Positions 44,071-56,565 of a stretch of DNA of 64,000 bases are shown here, in pieces (the first letter of the stretch is position 1; each line of letters opens with the position of its first letter). A program made the position numbers and the translations under genes. Origin of the DNA: Chrysomallon squamiferum (lineage: Eukaryota; Animalia; Mollusca); contig CM022673.1 of NCBI GenBank assembly GCA_012295275.1, positions 11,532,001 to 11,596,000 on the forward strand. Reading direction: 5' to 3'. The notes under the pieces are model-generated. The model did no database searches. It had not been told where the DNA came from and worked only from the letters and a program-made list of their open reading frames with translations.

Positions 44071-46620
44071 ATTGCTGTTAATCCCTGATGTTACAACAAG
44101 AGTTAGTGTGCATGTTGTGATATGTGTCTTCATCTTGAAAAAGAGACCTGCATATTAACCCTTTATGTTCTAACCAAATTTGGCCACTACATCAGAAACA
44201 CTGCAGAATAACTGACAAAAATTTAGAGTATCGAGACACTGTCTACTGCCATCTTTAAGACAGATTATATCCTGTTTTCAGTCTGTTTCACCCAGCTAGT
44301 GATAAAGAAAGTTGGATTCCAGAGACAATAAATTGAAAAAGCAGTGACTTAAGGGAAGCCTGTTATATCCAAGGGCTTATGATGTCATTTTGGTTTTAGT
44401 TTGCATCTGAAATGTGGGTCTTGCAATGCCACTTGGGTTAAGAAGTTAAAATGTAAGCAATTAAAAGAAGTGTTTTATTTTCAGTATATTATTTTAAGAT
44501 TTTGTTGGCCTGATCTTTGGCAGCTGTTGTTCTTAAAAAAAAAAAAAAAAAAATCTTTGTTAACCAAACTTAGTTATAATTTACTTGAGAAAAATAAGTT
44601 TCTCTTAAATGTGTTATATGTTTGTCATATGAACAGCAACAGTTTACCAGATTAAGTTCAAACTTTATACCAGTATAAAGAAATGCAAAGATAAAAGGCA
44701 TTTATATTTTTTGTTCACAGGCTTAACTACATGAGTTAAAGATGCTCAAGTCATACACCTTAACAAATAATAGCTTCCTTAATATTCTGGAAAATCTTTT
44801 TAATATTTACTTTTAAAGAAAAGGTATTGGTAGATTAAAACAAAAACACACACAAAAAAAAAGACCAACAAAACCACACAAAGATCTAAAGCACACACAA
44901 AAATCTAGTGTTTTAACGTATTTACTTTTATTAGATTTGTTTGTTTCCTGTGATTATTTTTCCCTTGAATATTTTCTTAATTTTTTAAATTACACCTTAT
45001 ATACAACAAATAATTATAAACGTCAACATAGAAATAATAATAAATTTTAGTTGAATAAAATGTTTTCTGTTTCAGTGCTTGTTGTTTATGAATATATCTG
45101 AAATGTTTTTTTTTTTTCAAGTTGTATACATAATTATTTAAATATAGTGCAAATTTTTTATTTAAAAAAAAAAAAATAGAATTGTCCTTATTGTAATTAT
45201 ATGTGTTTTTTGAAAATAAAATATACAATTTTATGTTCACAAAATTTACTGGTTTTAATTCCTCAATAATAAACCATGTATGAGTGAGTGAGACAGAGAT
45301 GTTACGAATGGAGGCCACTAGAGCTCAGTGCCTTAGTACTTGCTTCAGGCACAGAAGATCAGATGATCATTTGTTCCCAGAGTTCAAACTGGTGTTTCCT
45401 TTCCTGTGGCCATACAACTAATGTATCAAAATATTTCAGCTGAAAGGTCTGAATGTTTAACATCTGGGCATGAAAATGTAATGGCTTTTATGCTGAAGAT
45501 GAATATTTTGCAGTATGCCTATCTTATGCATGGTTATTGTAATGATGTAATTTTACCTCTTACATATTATTAACTTGAAATTGTCATTGTTACCATTAAG
45601 ACAGATATAAATCATACTGAGTACACTATTTCTAATACTATAAATGATTATGTATGCCACCATAAACAAACATTTTAATATATACTGGATTGTGTAAAAT
45701 ATATATTTTTAATACAGCATAGAGGAAGGCTGAATGTGCTACATACAACATTGAAGACATTTATTTATAATTTTTATTTTTCAGTATAAATGATTAAGCA
45801 TATTATAGTAAAAAATATGTTTAATTTCATAGATAGTCAATGAAATAAGGAAAATCTAAAGCATGATTGTGATATCAAATCAATTTAATTTAATTTTTAA
45901 AATTAGTTATTCAGTACAAAATACTGTAAATAGAATTTTCCTCACCCTTTTTTTATGACATAAAAATTTCATCATTTTTATATTTTAATAAAAAGCATAA
46001 ATTCACCTTAAAGTATATCAGAAACATTTGTGTTGCCTCATCATGGCCTGTGTTAAAATCAGAATACTGTTAGTATACAAAAATCTCAATGTCCCCATCT
46101 CCAACAAGCCTTTTCATGACAGATTTTACATCCATTTTTCATTTTTATGATTAGTTTTTTAAATATTAAATTTGAATAATCTAATGTGTTTTAGTATATT
46201 ATTCATTTTATTATTTATATATATAAATTTTTTAAAGATATCTGCCACAAGATGAATTCAGATGTTTCATTACCAGACAGGTTTAGCTCAAAGCTCCTAT
46301 CTTGTGAGATTAGCACTTAAATTATTATAAATTTTTGTAAATCCTCCATCATAAAATCCACATTTACTTCTTTTTAATTATCATAATTTTTTTTAAAAAG
46401 ATAGTGATTGGCAAAGAATTTTCAACATCCAGTGCCTAAGAGGTCAATCTGGCATCATTTTTTTGGTCTTGTTTTGTAGATGAAAATATTTGCGTTAGTG
46501 CTTCGGTTTAGATTGACCAAGTAGTTTTTGAAAATCGCCTACGTTCAATCTTCATTATTTCTTGTCTGGGTGAACAAATATCACAGCATGTTTCTTTTCT
46601 TATTATTCTTTTAAAAAATG

Positions 46621-46701
46621 CTACCATCCCAGCACATATTCTTTCACCTTTGCAACAAAACTGTTTTCTTTTTGTTGTGGGATGGATTTTGGTAAAAGCT
46701 G

Positions 46702-46734
<33 letters not shown>

Positions 46735-49700
46735 TATAAACTGTAAATTAAATACAATTTATGTAATAATATTAAAAATGTATACGTGTGTGTATAAATA
46801 CAATATACATAATGATTAATCAGGCTGTAATTTCCTAAACATTTAAAAGCCACTTGTAAATAAAGAAAAAAAAACAAATAAGATTCACACACACACACAC
46901 ACACACAACTACATATGACAATGTGTGCACATATTATATTCAAAGTGATGTTACCATTGTAAAAAGTCTCTTTCTTACTTAAAGAAGTATCCACAATAAT
47001 GCTGTTAAATGTGTCAAAAAACTGATTTACATAGTGAATACACAAGAAAAAGGAGACAAGTTCCTCGTGTGTTATTCTGATCTCAGAAAGAAACAGAAAT
47101 TATTTAAGTGCTCAGATATTCTCAGAATGGTAACAAAAACTTACATCAGTTCTTGAGGCAAGTGGTCGAATGGGAGTTCCTAGCTGAGTTAAACTGACAT
47201 TTTCTTTTGGTGTATTAATGGACAGCATGGATGGAGTCATGGAAACATCCTGAATCTCTCTACAGTCCTCTAGAACATTCTGAAAAGGAAATGACAAATT
47301 CAGTATAAATCACAAGTATGAAACCAAATGATCACTGAACTATATATAAGCCACCATTATAACAGATTCAATATTTTATTATAAATAATCACTGAAAATA
47401 TTTTTAAAATGGCGTTTACAGCATTTTTGTTATTAATATGTTTCCAGTGTAAATACTAAACTGCATAAAATGTTCAGTCAAGTCCACAGTGAAAATAACT
47501 TGCATTAGATCACATCTGTTCTACATTATAAATAAAATGTTTTTAAAATGGAGTTCACAGCAATTTTGCAGTTATTATATTTTCAGTTAAGTTGCTTAGA
47601 ATACTGAATACTGTCCATGGTGAAAACAAATTGCAAACTTCATATTCAAAACAACAGTTTACCCTCACCATTAAGGAAAACAATCAACAGTTTGCTGGTA
47701 TAACTATACAACAAATACTTCTGCAAACGAACCTTATCTATACACGGAAGAACCCCAATCATAATTGTGCCTTCAAATATTTTTCCATTTTTACTGAGGG
47801 CCTTCTTGGCCTGTATCCTGGATTTGTAATGAATGTGCATCCAGTTTCCTTCAGTGGCTGCCTGAAATTTAGAGAAATATCTCCTAGACATAAATAAATT
47901 TAACCAATAACATTTTATATTGAGACTGGGTAAAAATGTCCAGTCATTCAAATAACTGAAAGACAGGATGACAAAAATAATTAATAAACTGTTAGTCAGA
48001 GCTGACCATTTTTCTTTTGATAATAATAATAATAACAAAACATTTTCTATGGTATGAAATGAATTATCAATTTTTAAAATTAATTTTTAAATATAATAGG
48101 GAAGGCTGATGTTAACAAATGCTCATGAATATCCTTTAAATCAAAATCTGAATCCTGTTAAATGAAAGTGGTTTTATGCTTATTATTTTCAGTAGAATTT
48201 TTTTTTTTAAAAAGCTGAAATAATATTTTTATAATAAAATGTAATTGGAAAGGAAATAAAAAGTCACATTCTGACAACTCACCACATATTTAATAATATC
48301 TCCATACTGAGCAAACTGTTGCAATATAAACGACATCGATGACGGCACAAAACTGAAATTTTAAGGAAAAAAAATATTTCCATTTATGACTTTCAGGTTT
48401 TCTTTTGTATTTTAGGGGGAAAGGTCCAATATTTTCTACTAATTAATCTTTTAATTTATACATTTTATCATATTTAATAATATTCAAACAAAAACAATAT
48501 TATAGTAACTAATAATTTGGAAGTGTACAGTTTTACTAAATGGAAGACTGCCAAGCATTCTCAAAGAGTATTCACAAATTAAATAGCTAAAAACAGAATA
48601 ATTCACAGTAAGCAGCTGTAACCAAAATACTACTTACCCAAAAACTGTTACCCACGTCTCATCTAAAACATCATCTGATTTCAACATATCTCTGGAAATA
48701 AAACGAAAATAAAAAAAATATATATTCTTCCTAGTATTTATTACCTGAATAGTAATTAATTAAAAATCATATTTATTAAAGTTTGAACTACACATAATTT
48801 AAAAAAAAAAAAAGCAAAAATTTATATGGTATGGCAACATTTTAAACAATTTATGAATCCTACCTTTAAAAATACACAGAAACTGATTGATACAACTCCT
48901 CAATTTTTTATATATTTTTTTTAAGACCAATCTTTCTTTTTTTTTAAAAATATATCTATAATTTTAGTAAGACCAATCATCTGACATTTTTTTTTTTTTT
49001 TTTGATATCAGATAACCTGTCAATTTTTTCACTCACTTGTATAATAACCTGTTTGGATAAACCTTTGTCATCACAATGCTCCTGTGATGACAGGTAAAAT
49101 AACATCACACGATTGTTTTTATTTTATTTTAGGTAAAGCAAATGTCTATCACTCAAACAGACATTAAAAGAAAATTAAAATAGTTACCCCTGTGTGTAAA
49201 AAGGATCAAGCTGGGCTGGAGAGGTTGGGATTTTTGCAGATGTTGAAAGGAAAGTTTCTCCTAGCTTAGGTGTTCCTGCAACTTTTCAAAATCATAAAGC
49301 ATTTTAAATTAAATTAAAACTAAAAATAGTTATAATAAAAAAAAGAAATAATAAAAAAATATAATAAAAAAAATTAAAAATTAAAAAGGTAATTTTATTA
49401 CAATTCAAATAAACAGAAAATTACCAGTTTAAAACATCAGTTTCAGACATATTGACACAGTATCAAAATATGTTACATATGTATTTTATGTGATGTTTAC
49501 TTACCAGGAGTTTGAAAACTTTGAGACATCACTCTAGATGGTGTTGCTACTGGTGTTCTTTGTGGATGAGTTATAGAAAACGACATCTAAAAAATGTTTA
49601 CATATAAAACAAAAATGTTGTTTGCAATAAAGAAAATGTTTATATTTTTTTCTTCAACAATATATATTTTTCTTATATGAATCAAACATGCACACTAAAT

Positions 49701-52281
49701 AAGATATTAAACTTTATATAACAGTGTACTTTGTAAGAGAGTCTACTGACATGTTTCTTGTAGTCAGAGAATTTGTAAAAGACATTAAACTAAAACATTG
49801 ATATTCACCATCTTTGTTATTCATCTGTTGAATAGTAGTAGTCAAACATATATATTTTTTTTTTTTCTTTTTTTAAAACTTTTTAGTTGGCTGATAGTAA
49901 CTATAACCACTGAACTGCATTTAGTTTTCACACACACATAAAGCACAGACAGCACACATATACACACTTTCTGTATTAGCAAGCAGTAGCTATTATACAA
50001 AAAGATGGGAAAATGGATTGTACATTACTTTCAGACACTGTTACTGGTATTCAGAAATAAAACAATCATTATCTGAATTTTTGAATATATTTTGGCAGCT
50101 TACTAGCATCATCAAATGTACACTTTAACTGTACCTGCTGTTGACTGGGTGTTGTCGAGACATACTGATCATCCTGACTGACAAATAATCCCTTGACCGG
50201 AGGGGCCCCAGCCTTGTCCTTTCCACGAGACATGTCACTCCTAAAGAAAACAAAATCAGTGAATCAACTCCTCATAGATTTCAATGCTCTCCCGACATGA
50301 TACAAAACAACAGCTTAAGCTATTAGATTATAACAAGTTTAAAACTTGTACTAGATATATATGGTCATAATCATTAATGTATTTCATAAAAGAAATCAAT
50401 TTCAAAATTAATAATTTACTTATTTTGTATGGCAGGAGTGTTTGGCCACTGACATTTATGGGTTCAGAAAAATGTACTGAAACTGTCCCTGTGTGTGGCA
50501 TACATTACATCCCATATGGGAAACACAGTGTATGGTGTTTGTAATAATAGACAAGAATAAGCTAAATATACCTTAATATCAAATACTAGTAACAGACTGA
50601 AGGGATCTTTGTAATATTCATCTTTATACAAATTACAGTATAAATAATAAAGTTTAGTTTCACCATGCCAACATTCAAGCTCAAAAAACAAATATTGGCT
50701 CACTGACACATAAATATATCTGTTTTCTGCCATCACTTAAATTTCTCAAGAAATGTAAATAACATTAAAAAACCCATTTTAAAAAGTAAAAGGTGAAAGT
50801 CACAAAATTAATGGAAATAAAAGATAAAAAAAAAAAAAGTTTCAGTAGCTCAAACTGTTGAAATGATATATTCTACAATGGTTATTCAACTACCTATAAA
50901 TACAGAAAAGACCTATAAATACAGAAAAGAACCACTGGGCACTAAGAATGGTTGTAAAAAAAAATGTAACTCAAGGAAAATGCTATCCTCACCTTGAAGT
51001 ACCAGATACAAGGTGTTGTGGTGTGATGTAAGATGTGTTTCTCTGAGCTGAGTTTGATCCTGATTGATTTCCTCCTCCTGACCAGAGACGTGGTGCAGGC
51101 TGAAAAAAATAATTTACATTAATTAGATTTTAAATATTTTTATATTTTTTTACTTAGTTATGTACTTCCATTTTATTTTTTAAAACATTATTTTGTAGGT
51201 TTGACAATTTATCTTAGCTTTAAAAATACAGATATATAATTTTTAGAAGTAAAAGTGTTAATTTCATATCAAATTAAACTTGTAAATAATAATTAAAATA
51301 TGAATGCTCAAAACTGCTTCCAGGCATATGTGATTAAATTCTAAACAGCTATTTATACATCAGAAACTTTGTGGCACATTTATTAACAGCATTGACAGCA
51401 ATCTTTTTAATTTATCACCCACTTTCAAACACTGTAAATTGTGTAATTCACAATAATTTTAGAATTTGTTATGGACACTAACTTTAAAGCAGATCTGTAT
51501 CAAATATTTAAGCTCTGTATTATGCATATTTGCTGGAAAATAAAGGAACTTACAGATAAAGTATGTGGTGTATTTTCTCCAAGTAAGAATGCTGGAAGAT
51601 ACTGATGACTTGTTGGTGATGAAACCATTGGTTCTAAAAACAAACATTTCATTGTATGTTAATGACACAAGCAACAGATGAATTTCATTTGAAATTTAAC
51701 AGCCATTATGAAGGCCAGATTTAGACCGATTGTAATGAATGACTTAGGGCTTCATAATGTGAAAGTAGTTTGTTCCATTGTTAACTTCTTCCGGCTTTGT
51801 ACATATTTTTATTAATGTTCAATTATACTAATACTGTAGCAATAATTTGGTTCTTCCCTGTTTGATCATCTCAGCCACTAACAGTCTAGCTATATATCAA
51901 ACTTAATAATGAACAATAATTTTAAACTGCAAATATGACAATTCAAGAGTAACATATAAACCTATTCAAAAATATTTATGGAACGTGATTGACGATACTT
52001 AGCTTAAACTGAAAGTCCAAGTTCGTTAGACAGAATTACTGTAGACTTTTATAAGTTTTAGTATTTGTTTCAGTCACTGATTCAGACTTAATGTCACAAA
52101 CCATTCAATCAAATAATTTAATAGTAAATAAATAAATAAATAAAAATAACCATTTCCGAATTTATATAACTAACGAAAATAGAGAAATGTATTACAATAT
52201 GGTGAACATTTCATTATATTTATTTTAAAAAAAATCATATTAAACAGATTTACCATGAGATTCTGGCGACATTGTGAACAT
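46621..52281 (-). CDS. NUP35: Nucleoporin NUP35/Nup53, 318 aa; exons 52254-52281, 51554-51633, 50993-51099, 50135-50240, 49505-49586, 49188-49275, 48638-48691, 48283-48352, 47733-47861, 47145-47279, 46621-46698
   Basis: All 10 introns GT-AG with consistent phases; total 957 nt. Family motifs: [37 protein letters not shown]-like domain (WVTVFGF...ILQQFAQYG...[24 protein letters not shown]...[10 protein letters not shown]), PIRPLA, C-terminal amphipathic helix [13 protein letters not shown]. Confidence 0.95.
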
Positions 52282-52546
52282 GTTGCAATATGTAATCTTT
52301 TTATCTGGACAAATAATTCTATGACTGGTGATTATCTTTGTACTTTTTAAAACTTGGCGGAAGACAGTGATTGACTACACGCGTGTCATGTGGTCATTAT
52401 TATTTTCTATTTTGATGCTTTTCTGGAGTTATTCCCCTTACATTGAATTGACCAATGCAATTTGAGTGTTGGTAGATTACCTTATTTGTCAACACAGGAA
52501 CCATGTGATAATGATTAAGTGCATGTGAGTTCTTAGAGTTTCAGGT
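52282..52546. promoter_or_regulatory. Compact bidirectional promoter NUP35 / SMYD4-like, with probable non-coding first exon of the latter
   Basis: NUP35 ATG at 52281 (-) and a + strand donor cag|gtgagt at 52545 are about 265 bp apart. TTGGCGGAAG 52354-52363 (E2F/ETS-like) and palindrome ACACGCGTGT 52377-52386. Matching acceptor tgcag at 53071-53075. Confidence 0.6.
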
Positions 52547-53094
52547 GAGTTCCATGATGCCATATTTATTTAATTTTTTGTGCGCATTTTGTTACACAAT
52601 TTAAGATGCAAAATGTACGAGTTATACACGGTATAGAAAGTCTATGCACTAATTTAATTAGAAAATGTACAGAAAAATATACAGAAATGCATACAGGCTG
52701 ATACTGAAAAACTTCAAAAAGTAACTTAAAACTTCCAAAGTTGTGATCTTTCAGAACGTTTCAAAGACTTATTATCATAATTGTGCTATGGCTTTCTATA
52801 TGTGACACATTGCTTACATAAATTTAAAAGTTCTTGCTGGCTGCTTTAGCCAGTAATATGATACATTCAAAATTGACAAGTCTATTATAATAGTAGTACT
52901 ACTAATACTAATAGTAGTATAGTAGAGTAATCAGAAACACCTACAGATGATTCAAAAGCAATAAATTTACTGGAATCATTTAAAAATAATTTTAATTTAT
53001 ATTTTAAAAATATAAAAGTATTTTAATGAGGAAGTATACCAAATTAATAAATTGCTTCTTCTACCTACATTGCAGAACTTAAAAAAAAAAAAAA

Positions 53095-56000
53095 ATGGTT
53101 GTTGTAAAGGAAATTGAAGAGAATGGAGAACAAAATGTTTCTGTTGCAGTAGACAGTTCTACCACTGCTCAGACAAAAGTTGAAGCAGTTGGAGGAGTCA
53201 GTGATACTTCCAGCTCAAAAACCGAGATAGTAAATGAAGAGACAATTAAATTGAATCCACCTGTTGATAAAATGATGGATTCTTCAAAGAACTCAGGGGA
53301 GCCAGTTAAAACTTCATCAGAACAAAAGCCTGCACTGAGCAGTAAAACAAAAATTAAATCTGATGACTCCAGTGATTCTGCAGCAAAAACAAAGGCAGCA
53401 TCTGCTGGTGGTAAACAACATTTTACTGACTACAGCAAAGTTAGAAAGCAATTAAAGTCTGTAAATATGAGCCAGACTGAAAGTTTCCATAAAGCCAAAA
53501 AAGAGCCAAAGGCTGTGAGCATGAAACAGTCTGTGGAATCTTTAAGCAAAGACAAAAAGAAATGTGAGCCAGATAAAAGTAATGAAAAATTACCCAAATC
53601 TAAGGGTAAACAATGTTCTGATACTGTCCAGCATGAACAGAAAGTTCAAGACACTGTTAGTGCTAAAGACAAAGTAGATAAAAAGAAACATGAACCTGAA
53701 AAAACTGATGAAAAATTGACCAAATCTTCAGATAAAAAAGATACTAGTAAAATGCAGCAGAAAGTTCCAGATACAGTTCCTACTAAGGAAGAAATAGAGA
53801 CCAAGAAATGTGCATCTGGAAAAAGTGATGAAACTTTACAGAAATCTTTGGATAAAAAATATTCTGGTATAAAGCAAGATGGACAGAAACTGCCAGATAC
53901 TGAAACTGTTGAAGAAGAAGTGAAAAAAAGGTCTAATGAACAGAACACTGCCTCTGTAGTTCAGGAAACTCAAAAGAAATCAAAACATAAGAGTAAAAAG
54001 TCTAAATCAAAAAATAAAGATAACTCAGAAAAGCATGGAACCTCAGAATGCAAACCTACTGAGCCGCTTGAAAATAACACAACAGCATCAGATGTTAATA
54101 AAAGTCATTCATCACAATCATCATCATTGTCTGAAAATGGTAAAGAAATTGATTGTGGAAGTAAATGTCTTGGTGACAACATTACAAAGACTGGCAATCA
54201 GAATTCAGTCATCAAGAGTGATATTCCAGAAATAAGGGAAGCCTCAAAAACTGATGAGTGTAAACCAAAACAGAAAACAGAAACAAAGAAAGTACATGAA
54301 AAAGGAGCATCTGTTCTTGGCAGACGTATTCAAGTAGTGAAGTTTGATTCTTCAGATGAATCTTCTGTTCAAGAAGAAAACACAACCTCAGTCAAACAGA
54401 CAACACTAGAACAGCCTAGATCAACAAGTACAGAACAGACAAGAGCAGTAGAGACAAAACCAGTTGCCACAGGACAGACAAAACAAGTTACTACAGAACA
54501 GACAAAAAATGCAGAAGAGAAACATGTTACTTCAGAACCAATAAGGCCAGTGTACAATTCAAAACATTGGATTAAAAATGTTATAGAGCGTTTGAAAAAA
54601 GCTGAGGTTCATAATGAAGTAATGCTGGAGTTTTCTCAATGTAAGACAGATACTCAGAGATTTGCTTGTTTGTACATGCAGCCTGCTGTACATGAGGTAA
54701 TTCATATCGAAGAATGGAACAAAGAAAAATCAGAAGTGGAAGCCAGAGTATTGCGAACATCAGGCAATAAGTCTTTTCAAAAGAAACACTTTAAAGAAGC
54801 CCTTGAAATGTATTCAGAGAGCATACTGAAGGCACCCATGGAACCTGACAGTAGTGAATTAGCTTTGGCCTTTGCCAACAGATCTGTAGTATTTTATCAT
54901 CTGAAGATGTATGTCCTCTGTTTGCAAGACATTGAATTTTCACTGAAGTATGGTTACCCTGAACACAATAAATATAAACTGTATGAGAGGAAGGGGAAGT
55001 GTTGTTACCATCTAAAGATGAAAGAAGAAGCTGTTTTGTCAATTGAACAAGCTATTGAGTTTGCAGAGAAAGCCAAACTCCCAGAAAACAAGATAAACAA
55101 ATTAGTATATGACCTAGAAAAGGAACTTGATCAGATTGAAAAAATAAAAGGTAGCTCAGTTGAAATTCCTATAGCCAAGACATTTAACAAAAACCATGGT
55201 CCCATTCCTTCTGTGGAAGGAAAGCTGAGTTCCAAGATTCCATGCATGTCATCAAGTGTTGTTTTGAGACATACAGAACAAAGAGGAAGAGGTCTGTTTG
55301 CAGAACGAGACATTGAAGTAGGAGAAGTGCTGATTGTGGAAAAACCATACAGTTCTTTGATACTGAAAGGATATGAACTGAATCATTGTCATCATTGCTG
55401 TAACAGTCTGTTGGCACCTTTGCCTTGTCACTATTGCAGTGGTGTAGCATTTTGCAGTGAAGAGTGCCAGACCAAGGCATGGGAATCATATCACTATGCC
55501 GAATGCAAGTATCTGGTTCTTATTGAGAAAGCTGATATTGGAATGTCTCATCTGGCTCTGCGCATGGTCCTCAAAGCTGGTTTTAATTACATTAAACAGT
55601 TTGAACAAGATAAAGAGGATACAATCTATCCATTGAAAAAAGGCTGCAACAAAGATGGGGTTTATGATTCAGCTAATTACAATACCGTATATAATCTTGA
55701 AGGGCACAGCAAAGACAGATCAACAACAGATCTTTTACAACGCACACTCACAGCCATATTTCTGGTGAAATGTCTGAAACGCACATCGTATTTCCCACCA
55801 ATAACTGCAGAAGAGTCTAATAGTGACTTTGGGAAGGATGAAGATGAAGATCATGCCCTGGTAGGAAGTCACATTCTCAGACATATTCAGATGCTGCCCT
55901 GCAATGCTCATGAAGTATCTGAACTGGAATGGAACTCCTCTGATTTTGAACTGTCAGAGGTTTATGAATTTGGATCTGCCATCTACCCAGTTCTCAGTCT

Positions 56001-56565
56001 GATTAATCACTCTTGTGATCCATCAGTTGTCCGTCATTCCTATGGTGACCTGTGTGTAGTGAGAGCCATCAGGAACATCTACAAAAATGAAGAACTTCTT
56101 GACAACTATGGAGCTCTATATGCCTTGACAAAAGGGCCTCAGAGACAAGAAAAGCTTTTTTCACAGTATTATTTTCACTGTGATTGTACTGCCTGCAAGA
56201 ATGACTGGCCACTGTATTCTGATATTCCTCAAGAATGCCCTGTCCTCAAATGTAAGAAGTGTTTTGGTCCAATATTTATTCCATCTGATGGCAGGAATGA
56301 AAGAGCTATGTGTTGTGGATGTCGTGAAGTTCATGATATTACTCATGATCTCTTGCATTTGTCAAGGTCTGAAGAGCTGTACCAATGTGCCCTGGAGAAA
56401 ACACTGAAAGGACAAGATCTGGAGGAAAATCTGCCTATCTTAATCCAACATCTACGTCTGCTTGATCCTCTTCTTTGTCGACCTTGGCGGGTGATTACAA
56501 CAACTGCCAAGAAGCAATTAAGCAGTGCTACAGCACAATGGGAAATTGTATCAAAGGAAAAATAG
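53095..56565 (+). CDS. SMYD4: SET and MYND domain-containing protein, SMYD4-like lysine methyltransferase (single coding exon, 1156 aa as read; true C-terminus probably frameshifted to 56570)
   Basis: TPR repeats from about 54740 (RTSGNKSFQKKHFKEALEMYSESI; LAFANRS; KLYERKGKC), SET-N GRGLFAERDIEVGEVLIVEKP, MYND finger CHHC...CHYC...FCSEEC...HYAEC, SET-C SLINHSCDPS (NHSC 56005-56016) and ELLDNYG, post-SET YYFHCDCTAC. Exact paralog within the SMYD4 class is uncertain. Confidence 0.9.
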   Translation: MVVVKEIEENGEQNVSVAVDSSTTAQTKVEAVGGVSDTSSSKTEIVNEETIKLNPPVDKMMDSSKNSGEPVKTSSEQKPALSSKTKIKSDDSSDSAAKTKAASAGGKQHFTDYSKVRKQLKSVNMSQTESFHKAKKEPKAVSMKQSVESLSKDKKKCEPDKSNEKLPKSKGKQCSDTVQHEQKVQDTVSAKDKVDKKKHEPEKTDEKLTKSSDKKDTSKMQQKVPDTVPTKEEIETKKCASGKSDETLQKSLDKKYSGIKQDGQKLPDTETVEEEVKKRSNEQNTASVVQETQKKSKHKSKKSKSKNKDNSEKHGTSECKPTEPLENNTTASDVNKSHSSQSSSLSENGKEIDCGSKCLGDNITKTGNQNSVIKSDIPEIREASKTDECKPKQKTETKKVHEKGASVLGRRIQVVKFDSSDESSVQEENTTSVKQTTLEQPRSTSTEQTRAVETKPVATGQTKQVTTEQTKNAEEKHVTSEPIRPVYNSKHWIKNVIERLKKAEVHNEVMLEFSQCKTDTQRFACLYMQPAVHEVIHIEEWNKEKSEVEARVLRTSGNKSFQKKHFKEALEMYSESILKAPMEPDSSELALAFANRSVVFYHLKMYVLCLQDIEFSLKYGYPEHNKYKLYERKGKCCYHLKMKEEAVLSIEQAIEFAEKAKLPENKINKLVYDLEKELDQIEKIKGSSVEIPIAKTFNKNHGPIPSVEGKLSSKIPCMSSSVVLRHTEQRGRGLFAERDIEVGEVLIVEKPYSSLILKGYELNHCHHCCNSLLAPLPCHYCSGVAFCSEECQTKAWESYHYAECKYLVLIEKADIGMSHLALRMVLKAGFNYIKQFEQDKEDTIYPLKKGCNKDGVYDSANYNTVYNLEGHSKDRSTTDLLQRTLTAIFLVKCLKRTSYFPPITAEESNSDFGKDEDEDHALVGSHILRHIQMLPCNAHEVSELEWNSSDFELSEVYEFGSAIYPVLSLINHSCDPSVVRHSYGDLCVVRAIRNIYKNEELLDNYGALYALTKGPQRQEKLFSQYYFHCDCTACKNDWPLYSDIPQECPVLKCKKCFGPIFIPSDGRNERAMCCGCREVHDITHDLLHLSRSEELYQCALEKTLKGQDLEENLPILIQHLRLLDPLLCRPWRVITTTAKKQLSSATAQWEIVSKEK

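Noticed and set aside
53646-56407. Antisense and alternate-frame ORFs inside the SMYD4-like CDS (also 43344-43610 opposite GID8)
   Set aside because: Shadows of the real coding frame.
56482-56500. Programmed -1 ribosomal frameshift in the SMYD4-like tail
   Set aside because: No X XXY YYZ slippery site or obvious downstream structure; an indel is the simpler explanation.
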